64,000 nucleotides of DNA from a virus. The DNA lies in IMG/VR virus record IMGVR_UViG_3300045988_165047, one strand, 5' to 3'. The translations under genes were made by a program, and so were the position numbers. Below the pieces are notes generated by a model. That model did no database searches, was not told where the DNA came from, and saw only the letters and a list, made by a program, of their open reading frames with translations. Positions 15,188 to 26,100 of this stretch are shown here, in pieces; positions within the stretch are counted from its first letter, which is position 1, and the number at the start of each line of letters is the position of its first letter.

Positions 15188-15845
15188 TTACCTTGTTTTT
15201 GAAGATGTTGTACGATAGCGTGATGTTCTTGCTCTCCATTTTCAGTGGTGCGCCAAGTACTTTGAGGAGTTTGTCTAAGGCTTCTACTACCTTGGTGCAA
15301 TAGATGCAGTCCTCGGGAGAGTATTTAACCCCTTCACCTAAGTACGAGTCAATCTTACGGGCTACCTCTCTATCAAAGGTTATAACGTACCCAGCTATGT
15401 CACGTGCGGTATAAGTGATACGAGCAACGTGAGCTTCCTCCTTGGTTAGGGGTATGCGGTTTTTCAGCAAAAGCTCATCATACTGAAATTGGTGTATCAT
15501 TATATCCTTCTCTATGGAGGAGAGGAACTCCGTGGCATCCCTATGTACCTTTCGGTATAGGTCCGCCTTCATAACATTGATAGAGTCCCTTTCGTGTTGT
15601 GCTATGGCTTCACGGAGTTCACGACTGATAGCTTTCGTCTTCTCTATACGGGCGTAACTAAGAGCGTCCAAAGCACTACCCAATAGTTGGAAGCACACGT
15701 CTATCAGAATTTGGGGAATGTACGTGAAGCGAACCCTCTCCTCCATCGGAACACGTTCGGCTATGATTCTGTACATTTCACTTTCAGTGAGCCTTTTTAC
15801 TCCGCCACTCTGAAAAGGTAGGTTAGTTGTAGTCATCTGTTTCAT
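15162..15845 (-). CDS. Hypothetical protein (227 aa)
   Basis: Uninterrupted ORF that breaks up the paralog array. No motif recognised. Confidence 0.65.
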   Translation of the reverse strand: MKQMTTTNLPFQSGGVKRLTESEMYRIIAERVPMEERVRFTYIPQILIDVCFQLLGSALDALSYARIEKTKAISRELREAIAQHERDSINVMKADLYRKVHRDATEFLSSIEKDIMIHQFQYDELLLKNRIPLTKEEAHVARITYTARDIAGYVITFDREVARKIDSYLGEGVKYSPEDCIYCTKVVEALDKLLKVLGAPLKMESKNITLSYNIFKNKVNGITLFDF

Positions 15846-16114
15846 ATCGTGCAGGCTTCATTGTAGAGTTTTAGCTGTTCCTCTGTTGGTTTTCGGGAGT
15901 TACCCAAGGTGAAGCATAGCTTCATAGCGTCAGCGTCGCTTACAACATAGACAAAAAGTCCTGTGTGCCCTATTCGGATAACTGAACCGCCAACAAAACC
16001 AATGATGGTCCTTGGGTTTGTGTCGTAGACCCCCTTGGGAACCTCAAACATATAGTCTATGGTGTTTACTCTTGCTACGAGTATCTCACCTTTCAGTACT
16101 TCTGTTAAACTCAT
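15842..16114 (-). CDS. Paralog family member 4
   Basis: KGEILVARV near the N-terminus. C-terminus: SRKPTEEQLKLYNEACTI. Confidence 0.6.
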   Translation of the reverse strand: MSLTEVLKGEILVARVNTIDYMFEVPKGVYDTNPRTIIGFVGGSVIRIGHTGLFVYVVSDADAMKLCFTLGNSRKPTEEQLKLYNEACTI

Positions 16115-16434
16115 ACTACCTTAGCTGTTTCGTTATACTTAGCGAACTCCTCTTTCGTAGGAACTCTACACTGCGATAGAATTATCCTAAGAGGGTACTC
16201 ATCTGGGTACAACTTACTTCCTGATACAGATTGTAGAGACCCCTCTACGTACGTAAGCTCCTTCTCAAGAAAGTAATTTACCTTGATGCGACAACCTAAC
16301 TGAAAGAATACCTCCTGTGCGAGACTACCTTCATAGATTAGGACCGACCCTTCCTCTATTATTGCCCCTTGTAGGGAACTCAACATCAGTCTTTCACCCG
16401 TTTTTGCTACGGGGTCTGTCGTTACTGACTCCAT
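16111..16434 (-). CDS. Paralog family member 5
   Basis: C-terminus: CRVPTKEEFAKYNETAKVV. Confidence 0.6.
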   Translation of the reverse strand: MESVTTDPVAKTGERLMLSSLQGAIIEEGSVLIYEGSLAQEVFFQLGCRIKVNYFLEKELTYVEGSLQSVSGSKLYPDEYPLRIILSQCRVPTKEEFAKYNETAKVV

Positions 16435-16718
16435 TGTCGTATGATTTCTTTTAAGTAGATGGTGTCCCCTCCCACACTAACAGCGGTGGATAGTGCTTTT
16501 AGCAGGACCTCCATCACGAGGGTTTTTTCAGTAGATGATGATGGCCTTTGAATGTTGTTGCACCCAAAGGCGTAATGTGGTGTAGTGACCTTTGCGAACA
16601 TCCTCCAGCAGGTGTCTTGCTTAACACCCCTAACGGATATGCCTATGGTAGCGTTGCTCCTTTCAAAGAGGAACTCCCCAGCACCCAAGGTGTTGAGGAG
16701 TACCACTACGTCCATCAT
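16422..16718 (-). CDS. Hypothetical protein
   Basis: 98 aa, tiled. Confidence 0.5.
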   Translation of the reverse strand: MMDVVVLLNTLGAGEFLFERSNATIGISVRGVKQDTCWRMFAKVTTPHYAFGCNNIQRPSSSTEKTLVMEVLLKALSTAVSVGGDTIYLKEIIRQWSQ

Positions 16719-17383
16719 ATTTTGATAGCTTGTAAGAACTCAGCCCTAAGAGGTCCATTAAAGAATACCCCACCGAGCTTAGAGGTTAGTGTATCACCGC
16801 CCTCGTCTTCCTTACCTCTGAAACTAACACAGAAATGTTCCGCCTTGATGACAACGGCAACATTCTCAGTCTCTAAGAGATAACTAAGCGTGTGGTAAAT
16901 CTGCTCTACTAAGCGTTCTTGTACCTGGGGTCTTCGGCAAAAGAACTCCACAACCCTATTAAGTTTAGAGAGTCCAATTACCTTCCCCTCGGGAATGTAC
17001 GCTACATAAGCCTGACCACGAATGGGCATCCAATGATGCTCACACATAGACTTCACACTGATGCCTCTCTCAAGTACCATACTACCATACTCCATAGAGT
17101 TACCGATGGTCATAATCTTGGGGAAGTTTTTGTAGTCCAATCCCCAAAATAATTCAGAGTGATACATCTTAGCCAATCGGCGAGGTGTCTCCATAAGAGA
17201 CTCATCTGTTAGGTCCAGACCAAGATTATGGTGCAGTAGGCTGAACAGCTTTTCAGTGTCTTCTCGTAGAGTATCCTCCTCCTTAATAAGGCGCACCATA
17301 GGTGTCTCCACTCCCATAGACTTTAAGTGTTCGTGAACCTCTCTACCTAATGCAAGGTCGGTTTTGTTTTTGTCTAATGCCAT
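16715..17383 (-). CDS. folE: GTP cyclohydrolase I (FolE)
   Basis: SMCEHHWMPIRGQAYVAYIP and RRPQVQERLVEQI are canonical FolE motifs. 222 aa. Confidence 0.9.
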   Translation of the reverse strand: MALDKNKTDLALGREVHEHLKSMGVETPMVRLIKEEDTLREDTEKLFSLLHHNLGLDLTDESLMETPRRLAKMYHSELFWGLDYKNFPKIMTIGNSMEYGSMVLERGISVKSMCEHHWMPIRGQAYVAYIPEGKVIGLSKLNRVVEFFCRRPQVQERLVEQIYHTLSYLLETENVAVVIKAEHFCVSFRGKEDEGGDTLTSKLGGVFFNGPLRAEFLQAIKI

Positions 17384-17673
17384 TATAAGTTGTTTATTGC
17401 TTCAAGGGTTACTTTTAGCTGGTCCTCAGATAAGTGCTTGCCGAGGATAAGTTTCACCTCACGCAGAGAGACCTCTCGGTCCTCCAAGCTCTTTCGTGTA
17501 GTAAACATTGGGTTGTTGCTACACACATCAAGAGGGTAGGAAACTGCTACCACCTTTGTGGTATCATAGAAGCGTGCTTCATTCCCGACAATGGCTGCAC
17601 GAGTACCAGCCTGCACAACCCTACTCCAAGAGTCTCCGTGAATAAGCACCGAGGAGTTTATCTGTATCTCCAT
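17383..17673 (-). CDS. Hypothetical protein
   Basis: 96 aa, tiled. Confidence 0.55.
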   Translation of the reverse strand: MEIQINSSVLIHGDSWSRVVQAGTRAAIVGNEARFYDTTKVVAVSYPLDVCSNNPMFTTRKSLEDREVSLREVKLILGKHLSEDQLKVTLEAINNL

Positions 17674-17861
17674 TAGTCACGATGGATGCCTAAATCAATG
17701 AGAGCCGTTTCAAGGTCTTCCTTGAATGCTTCGGACGTTAGTTCTCTCATTCGGTTAGCTACTCTCTTTACTAGTTTGTCACTGATAAGTTCAGAAGGAA
17801 CGCCAGCCTCTAAAAGGTCATCCTCTCCGAGGGAAGTTACCACAACCTTTTCACTATTCAT
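17673..17861 (-). CDS. Hypothetical small acidic protein
   Basis: 62 aa, tiled. Confidence 0.45.
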   Translation of the reverse strand: MNSEKVVVTSLGEDDLLEAGVPSELISDKLVKRVANRMRELTSEAFKEDLETALIDLGIHRD

Positions 17862-19062
17862 AGTCTCTAATAGTTATTGCGGAGGGGAAACGAGGTATGC
17901 CATCATCGGATAGTCCTTGGTACTGAATGGTGGCTACCTTACCGATAATCTCCTCCTTGTTTGTAAAGTACTTAGTGCGCAGTTCTCTAGTCCCTTGTGG
18001 TTTCACATTGAACCTTCCACCTGCGCATTCACATACAAAGATAGCAGTTCCTTCGTCTCTACCTGATGCCTCTACTACATCAACTATTGGGAACTCCTCA
18101 GTATCAAACCTTTTCAGCTTGATTAGGTCATTGCTTCGGAACCCAAACTCATAAAGACCTCGGGTGTTTCGGATGATTGCCCCTTCGTAACCTTGTCCTA
18201 CGAATTGGTCGTGTTTGTTCTGAACCTCCTCAAGCGTATCAGCGGTATATGTGGGACTAAGGTACACGATAGAGTCCTCGGAGACCCCCTTGAAGTCCTC
18301 ACACAAACTCTTCTGTCGTTCAGAGTAGTTAGCACCCTGAATAGGTTTATCATAAACTACAAACCTAATTTTAGAGGTGAGTTCAGATACCTTCTTGACC
18401 GCAGAGATTATCTCTTGGAACGTAAGCTCCTTGTGGCAGTACAGCTCTCCGTCTAAGGGTAACTTGTCAAGGTTGTCCTTAGCCCACTTTTCAAGGTGGG
18501 GAATTTTATACGGCTTCCCATTACGTGATAGGATATGCACACCCTCGTCATCTGAGAAGATAATACAGCGCACGCCATCATACTTGGGCTGTACGAAACA
18601 AGGGAACACAATCTTCTGCTGAGAGAAACCACAAGCAAGCATAGGCTTCATTCTCCCATTTGCGTCAGTGTTGTGTTCTCCCTTTGGAGGTTCATAAGAG
18701 AACCCTTTATCGTGCAACCTCTTTACGAGAGACTCTGCGTCAAACACCGCCTTCTCTTCGGGAGACTTATAGTTGGACTTTCCTTCGTTCACTCCCTCTG
18801 TGTAAGCATACCTATCAAAGGTGCTCTTTCCACCGATGGTCATTATCTTCTCAGTCTCCAAAATAGGAACACCTCCTTGCATATATACACGCACGTAATA
18901 CGTGCGTACATTTCCATTTTTAGAGAGGGCATAAAGTGGGGGAGAAGAGTACAAGCCACCACGGGGCAGAATGGGGTCCTTACACGTAGGCTGTTCCTCC
19001 TTGATTGTTGTTCCCTCTAGGGCATCACCCGAGGGGAAAAGTATGGGTATAAGTGTTAGCAT
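17854..19062 (-). CDS. ATP-dependent DNA ligase
   Basis: Nucleotidyltransferase motifs in order: I QPKYDGVRC (adenylated Lys), III LPLDGELY, IV EGAIIRN, V LIKLKRF. A C-terminal OB-like region follows. Confidence 0.9.
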   Translation of the reverse strand: MLTLIPILFPSGDALEGTTIKEEQPTCKDPILPRGGLYSSPPLYALSKNGNVRTYYVRVYMQGGVPILETEKIMTIGGKSTFDRYAYTEGVNEGKSNYKSPEEKAVFDAESLVKRLHDKGFSYEPPKGEHNTDANGRMKPMLACGFSQQKIVFPCFVQPKYDGVRCIIFSDDEGVHILSRNGKPYKIPHLEKWAKDNLDKLPLDGELYCHKELTFQEIISAVKKVSELTSKIRFVVYDKPIQGANYSERQKSLCEDFKGVSEDSIVYLSPTYTADTLEEVQNKHDQFVGQGYEGAIIRNTRGLYEFGFRSNDLIKLKRFDTEEFPIVDVVEASGRDEGTAIFVCECAGGRFNVKPQGTRELRTKYFTNKEEIIGKVATIQYQGLSDDGIPRFPSAITIRDYE

Positions 19063-19082
19063 ATTCGGTACTTATTTATACT

Positions 19083-19114
19083 TTAATATACGCATAACTA
19101 ACGAGAAAAACAAA
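19083..19114 (-). promoter_or_regulatory. Promoter-like TTTG-N20-TATATTAA upstream of the ligase
   Basis: The minus strand reads CCATTTGTTTTTCTCGTTAGTTATGCGTATATTAA. It closely resembles the element at 41122-41153. Confidence 0.5.
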
Positions 19115-19165
19115 TGGAGCTAAGATTGCTCTTAACCCCATCTGTCGTTCTACTAAAGCAAACAG

Positions 19166-19663
19166 CTACGCCAATATCGTGGCAAGCGTTAGGTACAAAG
19201 AAAGTAACACGCCTAACTCTACAAAGAGTAACCAGCATTTCGGCTTAACTACACACAAAGATAAGCATACCCCTAGTACTATGCAAGACAGATACCAATA
19301 CTCTGTGCTTAAGCACCAAGAGAAGGATGACACACAAGCAACTACTGCCGCACCAAAATGTACCTCATAGGTTAGGGGCATATTGTAGTTAGGGGCTACC
19401 GCTACGAAGATAGTCGCCGCACAAGTTAAGTAGGCAAGGAACTCTGTACCCTCCGAAGAAGCACCTAGCAGGATGGGCATAATGGTAGCCGCACATACAG
19501 CGAGTACTGCTGTGAACAACCAAGCCCCTTTACCCCGCTCTTTATGGTAGTGGTACGTGTCGGAGATACTAGGAGTTAGCTCCTTAAACACTATGAAGGA
19601 GTACACTAAGTACCCGATTAGAAGCCCTAGAGAAGCTAGGACTATGATAAGCTTTACACTCAT
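19166..19663 (-). CDS. Polytopic membrane protein
   Basis: 165 aa, about five hydrophobic helices. Confidence 0.65.
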   Translation of the reverse strand: MSVKLIIVLASLGLLIGYLVYSFIVFKELTPSISDTYHYHKERGKGAWLFTAVLAVCAATIMPILLGASSEGTEFLAYLTCAATIFVAVAPNYNMPLTYEVHFGAAVVACVSSFSWCLSTEYWYLSCIVLGVCLSLCVVKPKCWLLFVELGVLLSLYLTLATILA

Positions 19664-19684
19664 AATCTCTTTAATTGAATAGAA

Positions 19685-20164
19685 TTAAACCAAATTCTCG
19701 TACTTGCTCCAATCAATGGACGCTCTAGCCTGCCACCATTTCTGATAGACCCCCTCCACAAACTTTAGTGTGGTGAGGTAGAACTCCGTGAACTCCTCAA
19801 GCGTTGTAAACTCGTGGAATTGTGGTTCCGTATCTGTACCAAACTTGATAGTCGTAGGAAGGCTTTTACCTTGGGTCTGATAGGCGATGTCGTAGAGGAC
19901 CTTGTAGTTCAGTTTATCTTCGTTAGTGAGGTTCACAAACAACCCCTTCCACTCAAAACCCCGAAGGACCTCATCGTCCGTCATCGTCTTATACCAATCA
20001 ACCACCACTGCCTTTATCTGGTCAATGGTAGGTTTATAAGGGAGCACCGCTTGAATTAAGTCGTTTCCGAATACCCAAGAAAGTATCCACTCACCTTTTA
20101 CCTCGTTATAAGGAAGTAGAGAGGGGGTTGCCCCCTCTACTCCTTTAGTTACTAAGTATTCCAT
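19685..20164 (-). CDS. Fibre-associated protein (possible DUF4376-like chaperone)
   Basis: 159 aa, immediately after the giant fibre gene. DWYKTMTDDEVLRGFEWKGLFVNLTNEDKLNY resembles DUF4376. The function is inferred from position. Confidence 0.45.
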   Translation of the reverse strand: MEYLVTKGVEGATPSLLPYNEVKGEWILSWVFGNDLIQAVLPYKPTIDQIKAVVVDWYKTMTDDEVLRGFEWKGLFVNLTNEDKLNYKVLYDIAYQTQGKSLPTTIKFGTDTEPQFHEFTTLEEFTEFYLTTLKFVEGVYQKWWQARASIDWSKYENLV

Positions 20165-23100
20165 TATAAGAAATCTGTTATGTTAATGAACTCCTGTACA
20201 CTCTTCACCTCACGGATTTCTCCAGTGAACATAGGTCTTACCGCTTGTTCGGTGTTGGAGCTTTCTAGGATTTCAAACCATATTAAGCCTTTATCGTGGT
20301 GTCTATGTCCTATATAAATAGGAGAATCTGTATCTCCAACGCTCCAAATCTTGGAACCTGTGGTATAGAACGTAGAATTAGAACCACCTGAGAATTGATA
20401 TGGTGTAAGACCTATGATGTCCATGTACTTTTCGTGTCTAACTCTAAGTATGTTGGTCTCGTGGTTACGAACAAACCTCCATAAAGTGGTTTCTCCATTC
20501 TCTCTGCGAGCCTTGAAAATGGGGGCATCGCCATTCATGGACACCGAACTTCCTGTAAGAGCACCCCACCAGCCAGAGTCGAAGTACTCGTACCCCATCG
20601 TCTTTAGGGCTTGCTGACCTACCCATTCTCGGGATATACCACTAACCTTCCAGAAACCCCAATCTCCTGATGTACCATTCTTACGGACGTTATCTGACAT
20701 ACCACTTTCAAGGCATCTTCCCATAAAGTGTGCCCAATTACTCTCGCTCGTAAGTGACCCATGGTCCCAGCTCGTTATTGAACCGTCCCTCACATACTTC
20801 AAGTTTACTATATTCTTGTACTCCTCATAGGATATTATTTCCATACCCCTACTCGTCATAAGTGTCTCAAAGCTCTCCCTGTTTCTACCCGTAACGTGTC
20901 TATTAGACTGAATAAAATCCTTGAGAACTCCCGAGCCTATCTTCCCATTGACAGAGCATAGTTTGAAAGCCCCTACAAGTTTCGCCTTATGGCGAACCCA
21001 ATCAGTCTCTACATCTACTATATTACTCGTATTAGACACTACGGCGTATATGTCGGGAGAAGTCGCCCTAGGTGCCTGATTAGGTATGGAGAAGTAACAC
21101 CATTCTGCCCCATCTGGGATGTCAAGTACTACATACATTCCCTCTTCAAAGTACGAAGAATTGGTAGAAGGGGAGTAGGACTCTACAACCCCCCCATCTT
21201 CTCTTACTATGATTACACCTTCAGCGTTGCCAGATGTTGGAACCCTTACCTTCTTACCTCCTCGTACTTTAACCCTATAAGCTACTCTTGACGTGTCTTG
21301 AACTATGGAGTTTTTAGTAGTGCTTCCGGCCACTACCTTTTGGTTCACAAGCTCATTACCGCTACTACGAAGTTCTTCAAGAGTGAATTTAGTCGCATCT
21401 GGAGCGTCTGGTTTTACCCCGTACGCATAGCAGAAGTACTTCTTCATACTCTTTACGTCATTTACCCCCTTGTACCAATACTCTGGCTCATATATCATCA
21501 GGTCTCCCTGTGAAAGGTCTACCGCCGCATCGGTACAATTACTCTGTATCTCGTTGTCGTCATACTTCAAGAAGGTATCTTTTCTAAGACGGCAGATACT
21601 CATAACCCCCTTAGACTTTCGCTCCTGCTTAGCTAAACAAGGGAAGCGAGCGTTAAGGATAGCCGCAATATGCGCAGAGGGCTTATAGGCATTACCGAAC
21701 TTATACCCCGTCTTGTTGTCAAGGTTGGAGAGCTTAGCTGGAGTTGCCACCGCATCGTCAAGCTCAACAACTGTGTACTGAGGCTGACGAATGTTAAGCT
21801 CATCAAAGCGTTCTCTGTACTTCTCAAACACAGCTTCGTCAAGGTACTTAGTGAGCTGGTAATTACCTAGGAGCTTACACTTAGAAACGTTCTCCGTTCC
21901 ATCAGCGTTGATACCTCCAAGACCCTTAGCATACCAAGCCTCAAGTTCAGACCCGTCACCCGTAATAGAGCCGATATTGATACGGACATACTTCAAGGAG
22001 TTATTACCCGAAAGTATTTCCTTGAGGAGGTCCGTCCCCGATAGCTTGGGGCAATTTTCAACTCTAAGACCAACAAGGCGACTAACGTCCCCAAATACAA
22101 TACCCGCTCTCGTGATGTTTGGTAACGACACAAGAGACAGAGTCTGGTAGTTATTAGGGAGTTTCACCACCTTGACAGCGGAACTTTCTCCAAAGAGAAT
22201 AGACGAAAGAGAGTTACACCCACGTGCATCAACCTCTTCAAGTCTAGAGCACCCTGTTAAGCTAAGTGAAGGAAGGTTCTCATACCCATTAAGAGCGAGC
22301 TTTCTGAGCATAGGCAGGTTATCTCTAATGGCGAACTCTGTCAGACCATAGGACTTTCCTTCCTTACCCATAATCAGTTCCTCAAGAACGGGCATATTGG
22401 GGATGTCCAAATTCGTGAAGCCACCCCAATCAGAGAGGTCAAGTTTCGTTATCCACTGCCCACCATATAGATGGAAGATGGTACCGATATTAGCCACCTG
22501 AGTGTAGCGGTACACGAACTCTTCTCCCTTCTGTACCTTCTTATGAACCATAGAGGTTCCCTCTCTCTTGAACTCAAGATAGAAGTCTCTACCCGTTACG
22601 GCACGAATAGTAGCACCTGCTTCGGAGTTACCCTTCCAAGCGATGTCCGTTGCAGTGTACTGACCCGTAGCCGCCCAAGCATCAAACAGAGCCATTCGGT
22701 TATAGATGAACCACTCTCTGTGCGACTTTCTGTTCCCCTGCATACTTTCAAGGTAGGAGTACGTCTGCGTAGTAACTCTCCCGTCACGGATAACAGAGAC
22801 ACCCTTAGTCTTGGGGTCAATGTACTTTCTAAGAGAGTCCACATTGAATACTCGCTCACAGAAACGCTCACTCTGTTCGTCATTAAACATACGAAGGATG
22901 TCCGCATTAGAGAGTTTTGCTCTGATACGGAGATATGCCTTCTTGATTTCATCGGGGAACTGCTCACGCAGGTTCTTCCACAGAACACTATCGTGCCCAG
23001 CGAAAGCATAGACGGTCTTTCCTCCTACGGACAGCTCTGTGTCAATAGTCTCCTCGTTAATGTCCCAATGATAACGAAGTCTCCCGTCATTTCGGACACC

Positions 23101-26100
23101 TAGGATAGTATCGTTATCATAGAAAATCATATAGGCGAGTACCTTGTCACGCTTAGGCTCGTAGAAGAAACTCATCATCATATTCTTCACACGCTGGTCA
23201 CAGCAAGCGAACATATCCGTGAACACATAGTAGTCACAGAGGTAGTCTATATCAAAGTAGTCACCAAGCTCTCTCTTAAACTTAGTTTTTCTCTGAGTAA
23301 TTGCACTTGCAGAAAGCCCACTAGCGAGAGTGTCCGTAGAGTGTACCCACTTGACAAGAGGCTCAAGATACTTAGGTTTCAGCGTCCCATCAGCATACTT
23401 AGCGTTTATCCCCTTGTCATCGGGGAAGCGTGCTTCAAACACCTTCATCCAATTAGGAGTACCATCAGATGCCTTAGCGTCAAAGTCAGAGTCCTTAAAG
23501 CTACCCATTGGGTAGTCGTTATTAAGGAACTCCCAACATTCAGTAGGGTTCTTACCGCCAAACTTAGTCGTTACCCAAGTAGCATCGTGGTATCCAGGAA
23601 TACCTAAGAACCCGAAGACATCCTCGGTGCTCTTGTCGTTGTTAAAGTTGAACTTCCCTAGGAACTTAGGAGTCTCATCTACTGAACCACGATAGAAGAG
23701 CAAGCAAGGCTCTCCGTCCACGGTGGTACGCACATCCTTATCGTAGCGTTTTCTATCTACGTGCTTCTGAGGAGGAGTAAGTTCCCCTGCCTTAATGAGA
23801 GTGTTGTGGACAAGGCGAGCCATCCCCGTATTATGGGAGCTGGAGCTTTCAGCAAAGTCCGCTTTAAGACAGAAGCAATTTACGTCTGCACCAGCAGGCA
23901 TACCATCCTTAGCAATTCGGAACGTCCACTTACCACTTTCTCTGAGAGTACCACCTGCACCATTCTCATCACAACCTACAAACAACTGCCCCAACTTTTT
24001 CTCCTTAGAGCTATCGTAGGTGTAGATGCGGTAGTTCTTAGTGGGGTAAGCAAGAGACGAAGTTCCTTGAAGAGCTATACTCCCACCAATAAGACGGAAG
24101 TTCTGTTCGGGGACACCACCCTTCACAAAGGTGAAAATCTCAGATACGTCAAACTTCGTCTTCTTGTTATTATTCACTGCCGCATAAAGAGCGGTAGGCA
24201 TCCCACTTGAGTGAGTGCCTGTAATGATTACAACACGAAGTCCAGCAGGAGCACTTTCAACGCTAATGTCCCCTTCGGAGTTAAGGACATCATTCTGCTT
24301 GTACTCTGCGATAAGGTCGTCCACCTTGGGCTGACCAAGAATGTACAAGGAGAGTACCTGGTCATCAGTTAGGAACGTATTGTACGCTCTAATAGAATTA
24401 ACATCTATCGTAGCCTTCGTTGAACCTATCTTAATAGGCATAGGAGTGGCTTGATAGACACTATCAGTAGGACCTCTCTGCACCCCTGCGCACATTACCC
24501 CATTGATATAGAGGTAAACCATTTCAGAGTTATTCTTCTCGTACTCTGAAGACTCTGACTTACTTTGTGGGAACGACACAAACGTAACCTCGTAGGGAAC
24601 GTCTGAAGCCATCTTCATAGCGAGTTTGCTATTACCGCTCGTGATTAGCCTAGCTTCACTAGGAGTGATTTCAAACCCCGTTCCTCTAGAGTCTACGCAA
24701 GACACAACTACTGCATCGTGGTCTACTACCTCACTACACTTGTATCTGATAGAGAACGCAAACGCATTAGTTGTTGGGAGTACCTGCTGAAGAGGCTTGT
24801 AGTTTACTACTGATATAGCGTCCCCCTTGTGACGGAGTGCTCCGTTAATCCAACCATCACCACCAAAGTTGAAGCCTCTAAAGTCAGTAGTTACTCCGTT
24901 GTACGTCCAAGAGTCTCTCTTAACATCAGAGTTGCTTCTACCTTGTGCGGATAAGTGTAGCTTCAAACCATCGGTGGGTTCCGTAAGGTTAAGGTCCGTC
25001 TTACCTACCTGTAAGGTATAGGTGTACGTGGTATCGCCACAAGCAATTTTGCAGGAGCGTTCCCCTTCCCTATTACTACGTAACTGAAGCTCATTGTCCA
25101 CGAAGGAAACCTTAGCAGAAGCAACTACCTCGTCACCCTCATATACCGCAACAGCCGTTGGAGTCTCAAGAGGGTTGTACACAGCATAGCTTAACGTATA
25201 GGTGTCAAACTGCTTAGTGACCAATTCAGGTCTCTGTCCAGCGGTGTAAACTCTCCCGTCCGCATAGTCAAAACGGGTACAAACAATAGGTCTGTTAATA
25301 CCCTTAGTGACTACGGCTACATCAAAGTAGATGCTGTTTGACTTAATAGTCCCACCGCCTAGAACTTCAAGCTCCGCAACTAATTGTACAGAGTTAGAGC
25401 CGTGAGACATTCTGCTTGTGTCAATCGTAAACGCCCCGTTAGCCGAGGATGCGGTAATAGTTCTGTCTTCGGTGGGTGCGCCATTGACGTAGCAACGAAG
25501 AACCTTACTACCACTACCCGACAAAGCATAGGGAATGGACAAGGACTGACCTCTCTCCGTGAGAGTGGAGATAGAGTATGAGCTGGTAAGTTTCAGCTGA
25601 ATTACATTCACCGTCCACGAAGCCGAAGCAACCTGTCTATCACTACCCGAGCCAACCTCTAAGCGCACTCGGATATTATTAGCACCGACACCCACAAACT
25701 TAGTAGCGTCAATCTTCTGTGTGCTCCCAGCAGGTACGTTTGATTCAAAAGAGTACGAAGTAGCCCCTCTAGTAATAGTTACGACAGCCTTAGCAGGGTT
25801 ACCCGTAGTGTCCTTGGTCTCCGTATTGATTTGGTCATAGGAGTAGACAAGTGCAACCTCATCCCCAGCCTTTACATTAAGGTTGGGAGTTACACGAGTA
25901 AGGACAATCTTGGTTGCACTTTGAGAACCTCCACCGCCACCTGTGATGGGACCTTCGGTAGAGATTTCTTCCCCAAGCATATTGTTCACTACAATTCGGT
26001 AGACCTTATCAGCGCCTTCCCCTTCTTCCTCAACCTTGATACCACCAACGGCTTCCTTCTTGAGCTGTTGGATAGCGGAATGAACCGCCCCACTCTGAAC

